From Nitrospirales bacterium (GTDB lineage: Bacteria; Nitrospirota; Nitrospiria; Nitrospirales; UBA8639), in NCBI GenBank assembly GCA_965223295.1, contig CBDCWC010000003.1, forward strand, positions 64,001 through 128,000: a DNA stretch of 64,000 bases, read 5' to 3'. The position numbers and the translations under genes are program-made. The notes under the pieces were generated by a model, which worked only from the letters and a program-made list of their open reading frames with translations, was not told where the DNA came from and made no database searches. Positions 41,138 to 51,283 of this stretch are shown in pieces (the stretch's first letter is position 1; each line of letters starts with the position of its first letter).

Positions 41138-42196
41138 ATGAATGCAGTTTGTCCATCTTTCGACATTGGTCCACTCATTCGTCTTGTCACCGTATTACTT
41201 TCATTTTGTGTTGGTTCCTGGCCCCTAACAGGATTCGCTCACCCAGCAGGAGACTTTTACCACCAAGCGGTCGAAGCCATTCAGACTCAGAATCTTCAAG
41301 AGGCTGAATCTTTACTTCATAAGGCCATTTCTGAATTCCCCGCCTATGCCAAGGCTCATCATCTACTGGGACTGGTGCACTACCAGCTTACACAGGACCC
41401 TCATACCGCAATTTCTTCACTTCAACAGGCTGTTCACTTCAATTCCAACTTTGCTCAAGCCCACCATGACTTGGGTCTACTATTGTTAAAAGAAAAAAAG
41501 ATGGGAGAAGCACAACAAGCGCTTCAACAAGCCTTGACCCTGTACCCAAAATTTTGGGAAGCCCGGCTCACATTAGCCAAAACCTTAGACCAAACCGGAG
41601 CAACAGACAAAGCTCTGGAAGAATATGAAACCGTCTTGGACCAAGAGCCTTCCTCCACGGAGGCACTATTTCATTTGGCCTATCATCTTATGCAAAGGAA
41701 TCAACACAACCAGGCTCATGCTCTCCTTACCCGTCTGACAACCCATGACCCACAACATGCTGAAGGCTGGCATTTACTCGGCCGTCTTTTCGAGCAGACC
41801 CAGCAAATCGATCAAGCCACTGATGCCTACCGGCACGTTTTGAAGAACAACCCAGAGCATGCCGAAGCCCATTACAATTTGGGGTTTCTCTATCAACAAG
41901 ACAATGAAACGCAAAAAGCTATTGCGCACTTTCAGCAAGTGGTGCAATTAACACCCACAGATGCTGAAGCCTATTTTAATTTGGGTGTACTCTTTGTCTC
42001 AGAAAAGCAGTTGGATCAGGCAGAGGTCGCCTATCAGAAAGGCCTAGAATTACAGCCAGAATCCATGGAGGGGCAATTCAATATGGGAGCTTTTTATGAA
42101 TTTCATAAAGAAGATCTGCAAAAGGCCAAACATCATTATAAAAAATATCTAGAACTGGGCGGCACTGATACACGCATTCAAAAACTCATGAAGTAA
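41138..42196 (+). CDS. Exported TPR protein, paralog of 32095-33141
   Basis: TPR units; shared YAxAHHLLGLV and YEFH...Y..LGGxDxRIxKL; GGAGG RBS. Confidence 0.9.
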   Translation: MNAVCPSFDIGPLIRLVTVLLSFCVGSWPLTGFAHPAGDFYHQAVEAIQTQNLQEAESLLHKAISEFPAYAKAHHLLGLVHYQLTQDPHTAISSLQQAVHFNSNFAQAHHDLGLLLLKEKKMGEAQQALQQALTLYPKFWEARLTLAKTLDQTGATDKALEEYETVLDQEPSSTEALFHLAYHLMQRNQHNQAHALLTRLTTHDPQHAEGWHLLGRLFEQTQQIDQATDAYRHVLKNNPEHAEAHYNLGFLYQQDNETQKAIAHFQQVVQLTPTDAEAYFNLGVLFVSEKQLDQAEVAYQKGLELQPESMEGQFNMGAFYEFHKEDLQKAKHHYKKYLELGGTDTRIQKLMK

Positions 42197-42290
42197 TGGG
42201 AAAATCAGCAGTCTTAGCTACTGATAAATATTACATCTCTAGAAGGACAAGATTCATGGGAATACTCCCCTTTTCTCATATGAAGATTAT

Positions 42291-44390
42291 CTAGAAACTA
42301 AATTCTGTTGAAAAAATAGCATTGATGCCAGGAGCATTGATGCCCGATCCATGTTCCTGATAAGGCTGATCTAATATATTCAGGAGTGAAAGTCTAGCAA
42401 TCACGCCTGATCCAAAGTCATAACTTGAACGAAAATTCAGTGTGACCCAACCTGGAGTGCCATCAGGGTCGATCCGAGAATCGGACTGATCGCGGGGACT
42501 GAGACGGTCTTGTCGATTCGCAAATCGCACGAATGATTCCAACCGAAGTTTTGGTGTGAATTGATACGCTGCCCCAAATCGGCCATAGAGTGGAGAAATG
42601 CGATCAGCTGGGTTGGTCCGACCTCCACTAACGGTTTCCTTGCCCCAGGTAAAAGTAAGATTCCCAAAGACTTCCCCTTGTTCATGCCATAGCCATCGAA
42701 CACCCGTTTCAAATCCTAAAAGTGCCACTGCATTCACATTGGCATTTTGGACCACGACTCTCCCGTCATTGGTTATGGCCCCAGTAGGCACGGATTCAAT
42801 TTTATCCTCAATGTTGATGAGAAACCCAATCAATTCCCCCGAAAATTTTGGTGTTTCCCATTTGATGCCCGAGTCAACGCTCCATGCCTTTTCGGGCCCT
42901 AAATTCGTATTTGGAACATTGAACCGATTCCCTGGTCTCGCTCCTAAGGTTGAGAGGTCAAAAATATTTGGAGTGCGAATGGCTCTCCCAAAATTGGCAA
43001 CCAAATTTACAGACTTTGTCAAATGAAAAATTGTCCCCACATCCCCTGTAAATTCAGAGACCGACAAGTGCGTCCCAACAGAACGATCGGCTCTGGGTAC
43101 ATCAATATCGACATAACTCCAACGACCTCCCACTGTGACCTCCCATAGGGAAGAAAGTTGTACGGTCGTTTGTAGGTACACAGCTCCACTCGTGATCGAT
43201 GAATGATTGGCAAACCGGCTGGACACAGAGACAGTGTCCCCTGTGACCACATTTTGGCGTAGACGACGACTTCGTACTTCATCCCGGAGGACTTGAACGC
43301 CGTATTGAAACATTGCATACTCTTTCCAGTGGGAGAGCACTTTCAAATTAAACTCTAACAAGCGATCGCGATTTTCCTCTCGATCAACTTCAAGGCTGTC
43401 AAAATCGCGAATCTGCCGATCGTCGTTGATTTCTTGGAAACTCAGGTTAGCTTCAAGCCGATCAAAGAAAAAAGAATTCAGATTGTGGAGGTAGCGACCA
43501 TGAATAAACAGGCGGTTATTGGGTTTAAAAAAAAACTCAGAAGCACTGGGCTGCTCTTGCCCAAAGCCAGCATGTAATTGGTCAAAACGCGGAGTCTTCG
43601 GTTGTTCAAGGAATTGGACGTTTAGTAAAAAGTTTTGGTATTCGTCACCAATGAAGATTTTTCCATCTCCGGCAAAAGCATTAAAAGCAGAAGGACGTTG
43701 GTGACCGATATCACCCCCTCCCCGAACATCTTCATGGCCTTGATACGTAAATCCTCCACTTAGGCCTAGTCCTTCATAGCCGCCCTTTAGAGCTAATCGA
43801 GTCATCCGTGATAAATCCGCACTGCGAAACCCGCCATGAAGCGTTCCATCCCACGTCCAATTCGTTGTCTGAAAACGGGGGATGGGGGTCTGCACATTTA
43901 CCACTCCACCTATGGCTCCATTGCCATAGAGAGTAGGACTCGCTCCTCGGATCAAGTCAATCTGGTCTACGTTATGTGGATCTATTAAGGCAAAGTATTG
44001 GTTGGGAGCTGATCGAAAAATGGCATTATTCAAGCGCATGCCATCAACGAGCATCACAGTTGAACTGCCCAACAACCCTCGAAGAATCGGTGTTCCCTGT
44101 CCAGGTGTGGTTTCTTGAATGAACACCCCTGTTTCCCCACGAAGGGCATCAGAAAGAGTGTGTGGAGCTCGTTCTTTGATGATTTCCTTCTCGATCACGC
44201 TTTTTGCGGAAGAGACTTCAAACCAGGTTGGCTTTCCTTCTTTGGCCGATACCGTAACTACATCTAATTGCTCCACGCCGTCTTCTTGAAGAGGGATCTC
44301 CTGTGTTTCATGAGGATAATTTTTCCCTGATACCAAACTAGGTAAGGCTAATATTGAAACAAGGAAGATAAAGAGTAGAACACTTTTCAT
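42291..44390 (-). CDS. TonB-dependent outer membrane receptor (start may be 44480)
   Basis: TonB box LDVVTVSA, plug motifs ILRGL...VDGMRLN and RGASPTLYGNGAIGGVVN, LGPEK, C-terminal Phe. Confidence 0.95.
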   Translation of the reverse strand: MKSVLLFIFLVSILALPSLVSGKNYPHETQEIPLQEDGVEQLDVVTVSAKEGKPTWFEVSSAKSVIEKEIIKERAPHTLSDALRGETGVFIQETTPGQGTPILRGLLGSSTVMLVDGMRLNNAIFRSAPNQYFALIDPHNVDQIDLIRGASPTLYGNGAIGGVVNVQTPIPRFQTTNWTWDGTLHGGFRSADLSRMTRLALKGGYEGLGLSGGFTYQGHEDVRGGGDIGHQRPSAFNAFAGDGKIFIGDEYQNFLLNVQFLEQPKTPRFDQLHAGFGQEQPSASEFFFKPNNRLFIHGRYLHNLNSFFFDRLEANLSFQEINDDRQIRDFDSLEVDREENRDRLLEFNLKVLSHWKEYAMFQYGVQVLRDEVRSRRLRQNVVTGDTVSVSSRFANHSSITSGAVYLQTTVQLSSLWEVTVGGRWSYVDIDVPRADRSVGTHLSVSEFTGDVGTIFHLTKSVNLVANFGRAIRTPNIFDLSTLGARPGNRFNVPNTNLGPEKAWSVDSGIKWETPKFSGELIGFLINIEDKIESVPTGAITNDGRVVVQNANVNAVALLGFETGVRWLWHEQGEVFGNLTFTWGKETVSGGRTNPADRISPLYGRFGAAYQFTPKLRLESFVRFANRQDRLSPRDQSDSRIDPDGTPGWVTLNFRSSYDFGSGVIARLSLLNILDQPYQEHGSGINAPGINAIFSTEFSF

Positions 44391-44961
44391 GGGAAAGGAA
44401 GACCCGTAACTTCTCCAGGAATTTATCAGGGTTTCTTTGAGAAACGTCCTGAAGGGGAGAAAGTGCAGAGCCAACGACATTCGTGAAATGGCCTTGAGAC
44501 GATTTTGCGTAGTTATGGCCTAAGGGTAGCCATGGAGACTCTTGACACTCTTCGACAGACTGCAGAAGGAAACTTCAGACGAGATGATCAGTGAGCGGGG
44601 AATTTCCCGTGAGCACTGAAAAACCCTTCAAGGGGTACAACGATATAGTTCGGGGTTCGAAAAGAGGAATTGAATGGCTTCTCCTCAAGAGGAAATTTTT
44701 CTTATTTCTATGGGGATCTTCACGGAAACAGACGAAAATTCCTATAGATTCAAAAAAACCATTTACAAACAACAACTTGTACAAGCTCACTTGGAACGCG
44801 TGAAGGCAAAACTATGTATATATCTAACGCCTTTAAAATAAAGGATAATTTTCGTTTTGCGAGACTTTTTGTCCATTTGCATGAACAAACCCTAAAGGGA
44901 AGGAGAGTCTTTCGAGGCTAGTGGTAGAGTCCCGATTCAGCAAAAAGGCCCTTTAAAGTTC

Positions 44962-47900
44962 CTATTCCCTCCCTTCGTCCTCATCCTCATTACCTTCGTC
45001 ATCGCAACAAGCGTCTAGGCTCTGCGCGCTACAAACTTCATTATGATGCTTTTCACAACATCCTTTGTGACAATCGTCACAGCAATTCTTACAGCCGCAG
45101 TCGCCCCAGACCGTATAAGCCATAACGTCGAGAGTCTTTATGGGTGTATCAGGGTCATCGCTGGTGATGACCAATTCGCAACATCTCGGACATTTCTCGG
45201 TAGCCTTATACCGAATCAAGATATCCAAGCATGATCCTGGTTGGAGCGTTGCGGGAAATGGGTTATTGACCAACTTCCAATGCTTGCTCTTGCGTTTGAA
45301 CGCAACACTCATAACGTGTAGCTTACAATCACCCACGTTGCAGATAGAAATGGTGCGCTCCCCGAGACAACATGCTTTCACTCCCCCGATACACGTCGAG
45401 CCCGTGATGGCAAGTTTTCCAGAAGGCACATTTCCGGCTACGGCAATGCTCTTCGCACCAGTCGGATCGTCGCTTATGATCGTGATCGTACCCACTTTCG
45501 TTCCAAAACTGGTTGGTTCAAAGCGAATAGGAACCTGAACTGCGGTTCCGGCTGCAATCCGTATTGGATATGCCAAAACGTTAGGAACAATAAACTCTGC
45601 TGTAGCAGACGCAATGTTCGTTACCGTCAAGGTACATGCACCGCTATTCAGCAATGTCAAAGGTTGATCCATGAACGAGCCGATGCAGACATCACCGAAG
45701 TGGCCGGTATTAGCGACAATTAGGTCCAATTCCGGTGCTGGAGCTGACCCACGTACTTGTATCTGGGCAGGACTTGCCGGGTCATTGCTGAAGACGCGGA
45801 TCGTTGCGGCAGCAGCGCCCAACGCCGTCGGCTGGAAGCGAAGTGGAAGCTTGATCGATCCACCCCCACTGACAACGAGCGGGAAGGACACTACGCCGGG
45901 CACGATGAAGTCTGCCGGTGACGAAGAGGTGATCGAGTTGATTTCGAGCCGGCAGATGCCGGAATTGTTGATAACTAGATCGCGATCGATAAAGGAACCG
46001 AGGCAGGCCTCGCCGAAGTCGCCTGCGTCGGCGATGGCAATTTCGGCAGTGGCTACCCCACCGGTGCCGGTGGCCATCAGATCAACGTTCGGTGCGCCCG
46101 GGTCGTTGCTCCTGATCCGGATGGTCGCTGAATCGGTCACGCCTGGTGCCGTTGGCGTATAGCGAATAGTGAAATCGATCTCGCCGCCAGGTAATATTAA
46201 CAGCGGCGTGGCCGGAAATGGATCCACGTCGAATGCAGGCGAGCCCATGAGGCGCTGCACGCTGTGGATCACCAAGTTGTCGGTGCCGACATTGAAGATT
46301 TGCAACATCAGGTGGGCCGGCCCTTCGCACACCGTTCCGAAATCGAAGAATCCGAAGCTATTCTCAAGATTGACCGCAATCGACGGTCCAGTTGGCTTCA
46401 CAAATGAGAACACACCTCGGCCGAACGTCGCGGCCCGCAGCTCGCCCTGGTGATAGACCAGTTCAAACACCGGCGCGCCTGGGAAGTGAATGTCGTCGAG
46501 CACACTCCAATTCGCGCCGCCGTCGACGGAACGCAGCACGCCGAAGTCCGTCCCGGTATAGAGGGCCGTGGGCGTCTCGCTGCCATCGAGCGCGATGGCG
46601 TTGTGCGGAAGGTCAAGCGGCGGGGAGATGTCCGTCCAGGTCGCCGCTGTAAGCGAGGTACGGTAGACGTGCCCGCTGGGAGCGCCACTGAGCCCGCTGA
46701 GCACGGCGTAGATAGTCGCCGGATCGTTGGGATCGAAGGCAACACCCCCGACGGATCGACCGGGAAGGTTGCGAGTGATGTCACTGAAGGTGAAACCTCC
46801 CGGCTCGAGCGCGTTGGTGGAGACGAGAACCCGCCCCCCAACAGCGACGACCACGTTGTTGCTGTTGGTCATCGCGACGTCCACTTCACTGGCCCTTCCG
46901 GAGATCGACACCTGGTTCGGCCACGTCGCCCCGCCATCGGTGCTTTGCCAAAGGTTCTGGTTACTGCTTGCGTACACGACGCCGCCCGTGTTCGGGTCGG
47001 TCGCGACGGCGGCCAAAAAGATCCCCACTTCGGCGGGCGGCCACGGCGGCGAGATGCTTGCGTAGGAGACACCATCATCGATCGATCGCAGGATTGTCGC
47101 GTTGCTCCTCCCGTAAACCTGCGCCGGTATTTGCCCGTCGTGCGCAACCTCGAAGCCGTCGCCACCAACACCCCACTTCCAGGTCGGGGCGACTGCGTCG
47201 GCCGTCGTGACGATCCCGTTGTCCTGCAAAGCGCCATGTGTGACGCTCGCTGTTGCGTCCGGTTTGACGTCAAGGTTGTAGAACAGAGCGGCCTGGAAGC
47301 CGCCGCCATTGAGCGATGTGAAGTTGACGCCGCCCGTACTCCTGAAGATTCCTCCGTCATTGCCGGAGTATACGACGGAGAAGGGACCGGCCTGCGGCGC
47401 GAAACCCCATGTGTGGGTGTCGACGTGAAGCCCGTTCAACCCCGCGAAGCTCGAACCTGCGTCGGTGGACCTCGCTTGACTCTGCGCGCCGTAGTAGATC
47501 GTGTCGCTCACTCCATCTCCAGGGGACTGAGGATCGACCGCCATGTGGAAGGCGTAACCGCGGAAGCTCGTGCCGACAGCTGCCGCCAGCACCGCAGCTG
47601 TCGCTCGCGTGGTCCAGGCGCCGCCCTGGTTTGTGCTCTGAAACAGCCCAATTGAATCCGGCGTGCCGAACGGGACGCCTGTTCCGACCATCGTGGCGTA
47701 GAGCACCTGGATGCCCGCTGGGTTGGGCGGCAAAGTGGGCGGTGCCAACGCGACGACAACCTTGCTGAATCCGGTGAATCCGCCGCCCGCAATGGCGCCG
47801 GACACCGCCGGGTCGGTGGCGTTGAGGATCGTCGTCCAGTTCTGCCCACCATCGGTGGACTGCACCACGCCGACGCCGGTGACGCCAGCAAACAAGATGC

Positions 47901-48492
47901 GGTTGGCGGCAGGCGAGGTCTGGTCCAGGACCAACGAACGTACGTCTCCGGAAGGAACTATCCCCGGGGTCCAATTCAACCCGGCATCTATCGAAACAAA
48001 GAGGCCGCGATTGGACGCGAGGTAAATGATCTGGCTGTTAGCAGGATCGACGATGACGACGTTGATAGTCTGATTGAAGAAGATGCTCGCGTTACTGGGA
48101 GTGCTCAACGGGTAGGCGGAGCCGAGACGGATCCAACTCGCACCACCATCGGTCGACTTGAACAGCCCAGCCGACGGTTGTGTCGTATCGGTCGAGAACT
48201 GCGAGCCCTCTCGGTTGCTGGTTCCTACATAGAGAATGTCGGTATTGGTTGGGTCAATCGCTATCGCGCCGGGTCCGCCAATACCTAGGGACGGCGCGCG
48301 ATCGAAGATTGGCTTCCAATTCGTGCCACCATCCTGCGTTCGCCAGACTCCGCCCCACGCCGTGCCGATGAAAATGATGTTGGGATTGTTTGGGTTGACT
48401 CCGATGGCAGTGACTTGGCCATTCGCGGTAATCGCCCCTTCATCGATGGGGCTCGGACCTATGGGGGTCCACACCGTCCCGTTCAGGCTCAT
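44962..48492 (-). CDS. Asp-box (BNR) beta-propeller protein with four ASH-like Ig domains and Cys-rich tail
   Basis: About ten SxDGGxxW/F repeats; four FG.VC...N.G...L.I...SNDP-type repeats; 10 Cys in the last 47 residues. Confidence 0.85.
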   Translation of the reverse strand: MSLNGTVWTPIGPSPIDEGAITANGQVTAIGVNPNNPNIIFIGTAWGGVWRTQDGGTNWKPIFDRAPSLGIGGPGAIAIDPTNTDILYVGTSNREGSQFSTDTTQPSAGLFKSTDGGASWIRLGSAYPLSTPSNASIFFNQTINVVIVDPANSQIIYLASNRGLFVSIDAGLNWTPGIVPSGDVRSLVLDQTSPAANRILFAGVTGVGVVQSTDGGQNWTTILNATDPAVSGAIAGGGFTGFSKVVVALAPPTLPPNPAGIQVLYATMVGTGVPFGTPDSIGLFQSTNQGGAWTTRATAAVLAAAVGTSFRGYAFHMAVDPQSPGDGVSDTIYYGAQSQARSTDAGSSFAGLNGLHVDTHTWGFAPQAGPFSVVYSGNDGGIFRSTGGVNFTSLNGGGFQAALFYNLDVKPDATASVTHGALQDNGIVTTADAVAPTWKWGVGGDGFEVAHDGQIPAQVYGRSNATILRSIDDGVSYASISPPWPPAEVGIFLAAVATDPNTGGVVYASSNQNLWQSTDGGATWPNQVSISGRASEVDVAMTNSNNVVVAVGGRVLVSTNALEPGGFTFSDITRNLPGRSVGGVAFDPNDPATIYAVLSGLSGAPSGHVYRTSLTAATWTDISPPLDLPHNAIALDGSETPTALYTGTDFGVLRSVDGGANWSVLDDIHFPGAPVFELVYHQGELRAATFGRGVFSFVKPTGPSIAVNLENSFGFFDFGTVCEGPAHLMLQIFNVGTDNLVIHSVQRLMGSPAFDVDPFPATPLLILPGGEIDFTIRYTPTAPGVTDSATIRIRSNDPGAPNVDLMATGTGGVATAEIAIADAGDFGEACLGSFIDRDLVINNSGICRLEINSITSSSPADFIVPGVVSFPLVVSGGGSIKLPLRFQPTALGAAAATIRVFSNDPASPAQIQVRGSAPAPELDLIVANTGHFGDVCIGSFMDQPLTLLNSGACTLTVTNIASATAEFIVPNVLAYPIRIAAGTAVQVPIRFEPTSFGTKVGTITIISDDPTGAKSIAVAGNVPSGKLAITGSTCIGGVKACCLGERTISICNVGDCKLHVMSVAFKRKSKHWKLVNNPFPATLQPGSCLDILIRYKATEKCPRCCELVITSDDPDTPIKTLDVMAYTVWGDCGCKNCCDDCHKGCCEKHHNEVCSAQSLDACCDDEGNEDEDEGRE

Positions 48493-48495
48493 TGT

Positions 48496-48852
48496 TCAAT
48501 CTCCTTTCCGACCCTCCTTTCCGTCCGCTTGCGCCTGACCCTCCTTTCCGTCCGCTTGCGCCTGACCCCGGGGGTGTTTCTCACCGGGAGTGGAATCGCC
48601 GACTGGATTCATTGGCGGCCTCACAATAGAGCCGGGTAGTCGATTCCACTGCTCGAGGGCGCGTGCGTACAATTCGGGGGTCGCCGGCAGTCCCCCTCGG
48701 AACCTTTGTCTCTCTATCTCGCGGTGCACCTCGGGATCGTCGTACGACTCTCGCTCAGGCTCATCCAGGCCATGCGGTTTGTCTCTCCGGTAGTCGTCCC
48801 TACCACCCTTGCCTTTGCCCTTTTCTTTGTCTTTGCCATTATCTTTCGCCAT
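48496..48852 (-). CDS. Small charged hypothetical protein
   Basis: GGAGG RBS before ATG 48852; high-GC composition like the adjacent gene. Confidence 0.7.
   Translation of the reverse strand: MAKDNGKDKEKGKGKGGRDDYRRDKPHGLDEPERESYDDPEVHREIERQRFRGGLPATPELYARALEQWNRLPGSIVRPPMNPVGDSTPGEKHPRGQAQADGKEGQAQADGKEGRKGD
48511..48564. repeat. Exact 27-bp tandem duplication
   Basis: ACCCTCCTTTCCGTCCGCTTGCGCCTG twice, encoding QAQADGKEG twice. Confidence 0.95.
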
Positions 48853-48864
48853 GGAACCCTCCAC

Positions 48865-49110
48865 TCACGTTGACTGAGGTTGAGTACCCGCTCGCTGCCA
48901 CTCGGTCCGAGCGAGCACGGAAAATGTCACCATCACTCCAATGAGTGCCACAACGAGCGCCCGCTCGAATGACCCGTCGCCGCCATCCGGCTCGACTCCG
49001 AACAGCACTTCGATCCAGTTGTGCCAGAATAGTGTGAGCACGAGGAGGATGCCGCTCACGAAAGCTAGGGTGCACTCGATCCAGAAACGGTTTCTAAGGT
49101 TTCTACGCAT
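48865..49110 (-). CDS. Small two-TM membrane protein
   Basis: Two hydrophobic helices around WIEVLFGVEPDGGDGSFE; AGGAG RBS. Confidence 0.72.
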   Translation of the reverse strand: MRRNLRNRFWIECTLAFVSGILLVLTLFWHNWIEVLFGVEPDGGDGSFERALVVALIGVMVTFSVLARTEWQRAGTQPQST

Positions 49111-49981
49111 GTCGACTCCTAATGTTCTATTATAATTACAGTTACGTCCCCGCGTTGGACTTCCTCATCTTTTTACAGTCTCACTTACATTTTCTAACAA
49201 ATTATTCCGTCATGCTATTTATCTCTTGCCGGCCGGTCAAAAAGATTAGTCGACGCAAAATTCTCTTTCTGTGTACGAAGAACATTTTAATGCCTGACCA
49301 TAGATCATGACGCATCATTGTGCTCACCTTAAGGTTCATAATTTTCATGAGATTTTGGCTGTTTTCTCTTCATGTCCACTTTCCTTCCTACCTATATTTG
49401 CTGCAATACATAGACCAGGTTTCCCCTTTAATTTTCGATGCCTAAAAAAGTTATACAATGCTTAAAAAGCTGTGTGTTTTGAGAAGATATAAAAGTGGTT
49501 AGGCAACGACAAATTGAGTAGTCCGTCCTGGAAAACGTATCCTTTTAGATACCTTCTTGTATCTAAATGGATAACAAATCTATTTGGGATTATTGAATAA
49601 GATAAGAAATTAAAATATCCATTCAGATATGAGCTTTTGGCTCTTTTCTCATGACTGCTCAACTTTGGTGTTCCCTTAAGTGCACCAAATGTGATCATAT
49701 TCGTTGAATAACATCAACCCTCAAATTTCGCTTGCCCCAATGTCCGAAGAACGCAGAACAAGAATACAGGCCGAGAGTGTAAAAGTTATGAATAGTGGGA
49801 GAGCGACCAAGTGAAAATATTTCGTAAAACTTAATCCTTTCGGGCAACGAATGCGGACAAATGTGCTGCTTCTCAAAGAACCTCTCGGAAATGATGTCTA
49901 TTTCCCAATCGGTTATATGGGCGGCAGACCGCGTTCTACAGTTCCATTGACAGATATACGGCATTGCCGTACTATATAGAT

Positions 49982-50326
49982 ATGCAGACCGTCGTAGAAT
50001 TGCCAGAATTTTTACGGCGGGCAAAACAAGTCGGCCTCTCCGAGGAAGAACGAGCAAACATCATTGAGAAGCTCGCGGCTCAGCCGGATCTAAGCGATGA
50101 AAGAGCAGAAACCGGAGGAATGCGAAAACTCCGTGTCGCAGCGAAGGGAAAGGGGAAGAGTCGAGGATACCGGGTGATCACCTTTTTTACTGGCTCTCTG
50201 ATGCCTGTCTTTCTGGTGACCGTTTACGCAAAGAACCAAAAGGACGATATTACCGATAAGGAGAAACAGACGATGAAATCCTTGTCAGCAATTCTCATCG
50301 ATTCATACAAGAGGGAAAGAACATGA
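49982..50326 (+). CDS. RelE/HigB-family toxin
   Basis: TGGMRKLR, GKGKS.GYRVITF and YAKNQKDDIT motifs; upstream of an HTH antitoxin. Confidence 0.85.
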   Translation: MQTVVELPEFLRRAKQVGLSEEERANIIEKLAAQPDLSDERAETGGMRKLRVAAKGKGKSRGYRVITFFTGSLMPVFLVTVYAKNQKDDITDKEKQTMKSLSAILIDSYKRERT

Positions 50327-50625
50327 GCGAAATCGGCGAAAGCATGATGAAGGGAATGGAAGAAGCCGTGGCCTTTGCTAAAGGGGAACAAAAAAAAGGG
50401 ACCGTTGTTCATATTCCTGAAGAAATCAATGTCCAGCGGATCCGTAAAAAGCTGAATATGAGCCAAAATACGTTTGCCGAGTATTTTGGGGTTCCTGTAA
50501 AAACAATACAGGACTGGGAACAGGGTCGACGCGTTCCGTCGGGAGCCTCAAAAAATTTTCTCTTTGTCATTGACCAAGAACCTGAAGCGGTACGCCGAGC
50601 GCTCACAACGGCCACACCCGCTTAA
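50323..50625 (+). CDS. HigA-like XRE-HTH antitoxin
   Basis: IRKKLNMSQNTFA...TIQDWEQGRRVP; ATGA overlap with the toxin. Confidence 0.88.
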   Translation: MSEIGESMMKGMEEAVAFAKGEQKKGTVVHIPEEINVQRIRKKLNMSQNTFAEYFGVPVKTIQDWEQGRRVPSGASKNFLFVIDQEPEAVRRALTTATPA

Positions 50626-50880
50626 CTCTTCCAGGGAACTCACAATTCCATACAGGTGTCTTCCCATCAAGAGGACACCGATCAGTCAACTCTGGTACTG
50701 GCGGAAGTATCACCAACCATGCTTTAGGGCCAATAGTAGTGACGAACCATTTATGGCCCGCACCATTTCAGCTCTCACCGTCTGTCACGTTTGCACATGC
50801 CTCCCTGTATTCCACTATGCTCCGCTACTTCGCCATTGTTCAAGCTGACAACCTTCCCGTTTGTTCATTTGTATGTTCTT

Positions 50881-51283
50881 CTGGCTGGAAAACAAATCAA
50901 GATCATTTCAGAAGATTCCTGCTAGAGGCTCTCGACTATGTTGAACACCACACCCAACACCTCTTCGTAATCGAATGATGCTCTTACTTTCTCACAAAGC
51001 CGGATTACAAGCCAAAGGCATCAGCGCCTTGCAATGGATTATGGTAACGGATGGGAAAGGAAATCTATTGGATGCGTTAGAGCTTCACGATTCGGCAACG
51101 AAAGGAAAGAACGGTCCATCCCGCTTCACCGAGCATTACATGCCGCTTTGATCCTCTTGAACCATAGTCGTTGTCCGAGTTTAGAAGATCCCATCATTGC
51201 GTCATCAGATAGTGGACCAATGACTGCAGCAAGCGTCGTAAATTGGTTTTGGTATCTGGTTTCGTCTTCACTCCCTTCGTAAG
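50881..51283 (+). pseudogene. Frameshifted tyrosine recombinase/integrase remnant
   Basis: Joined across frames: GKQIKIISE / RNRMMLLLSHKAGLQAKGISALQW...SATKGKNG / SIPLHRAL...MTAASVVNWF / HSLRK at 51269-51283. Confidence 0.78.

Noticed and set aside
44481-44900. Cobalamin riboswitch or RAPP leader upstream of the TonB-dependent receptor
   Set aside because: No B12-box arrangement and no RAPP/RGPP ORF found by eye.
46450-47655. 401-aa plus-strand ORF and other overlapping ORFs
   Set aside because: Antisense shadow of the high-GC propeller gene; no recognisable motifs.
48493-48498. Selenocysteine at the in-frame TGA
   Set aside because: No redox motif context, no evident SECIS, and a good RBS precedes the downstream ATG.
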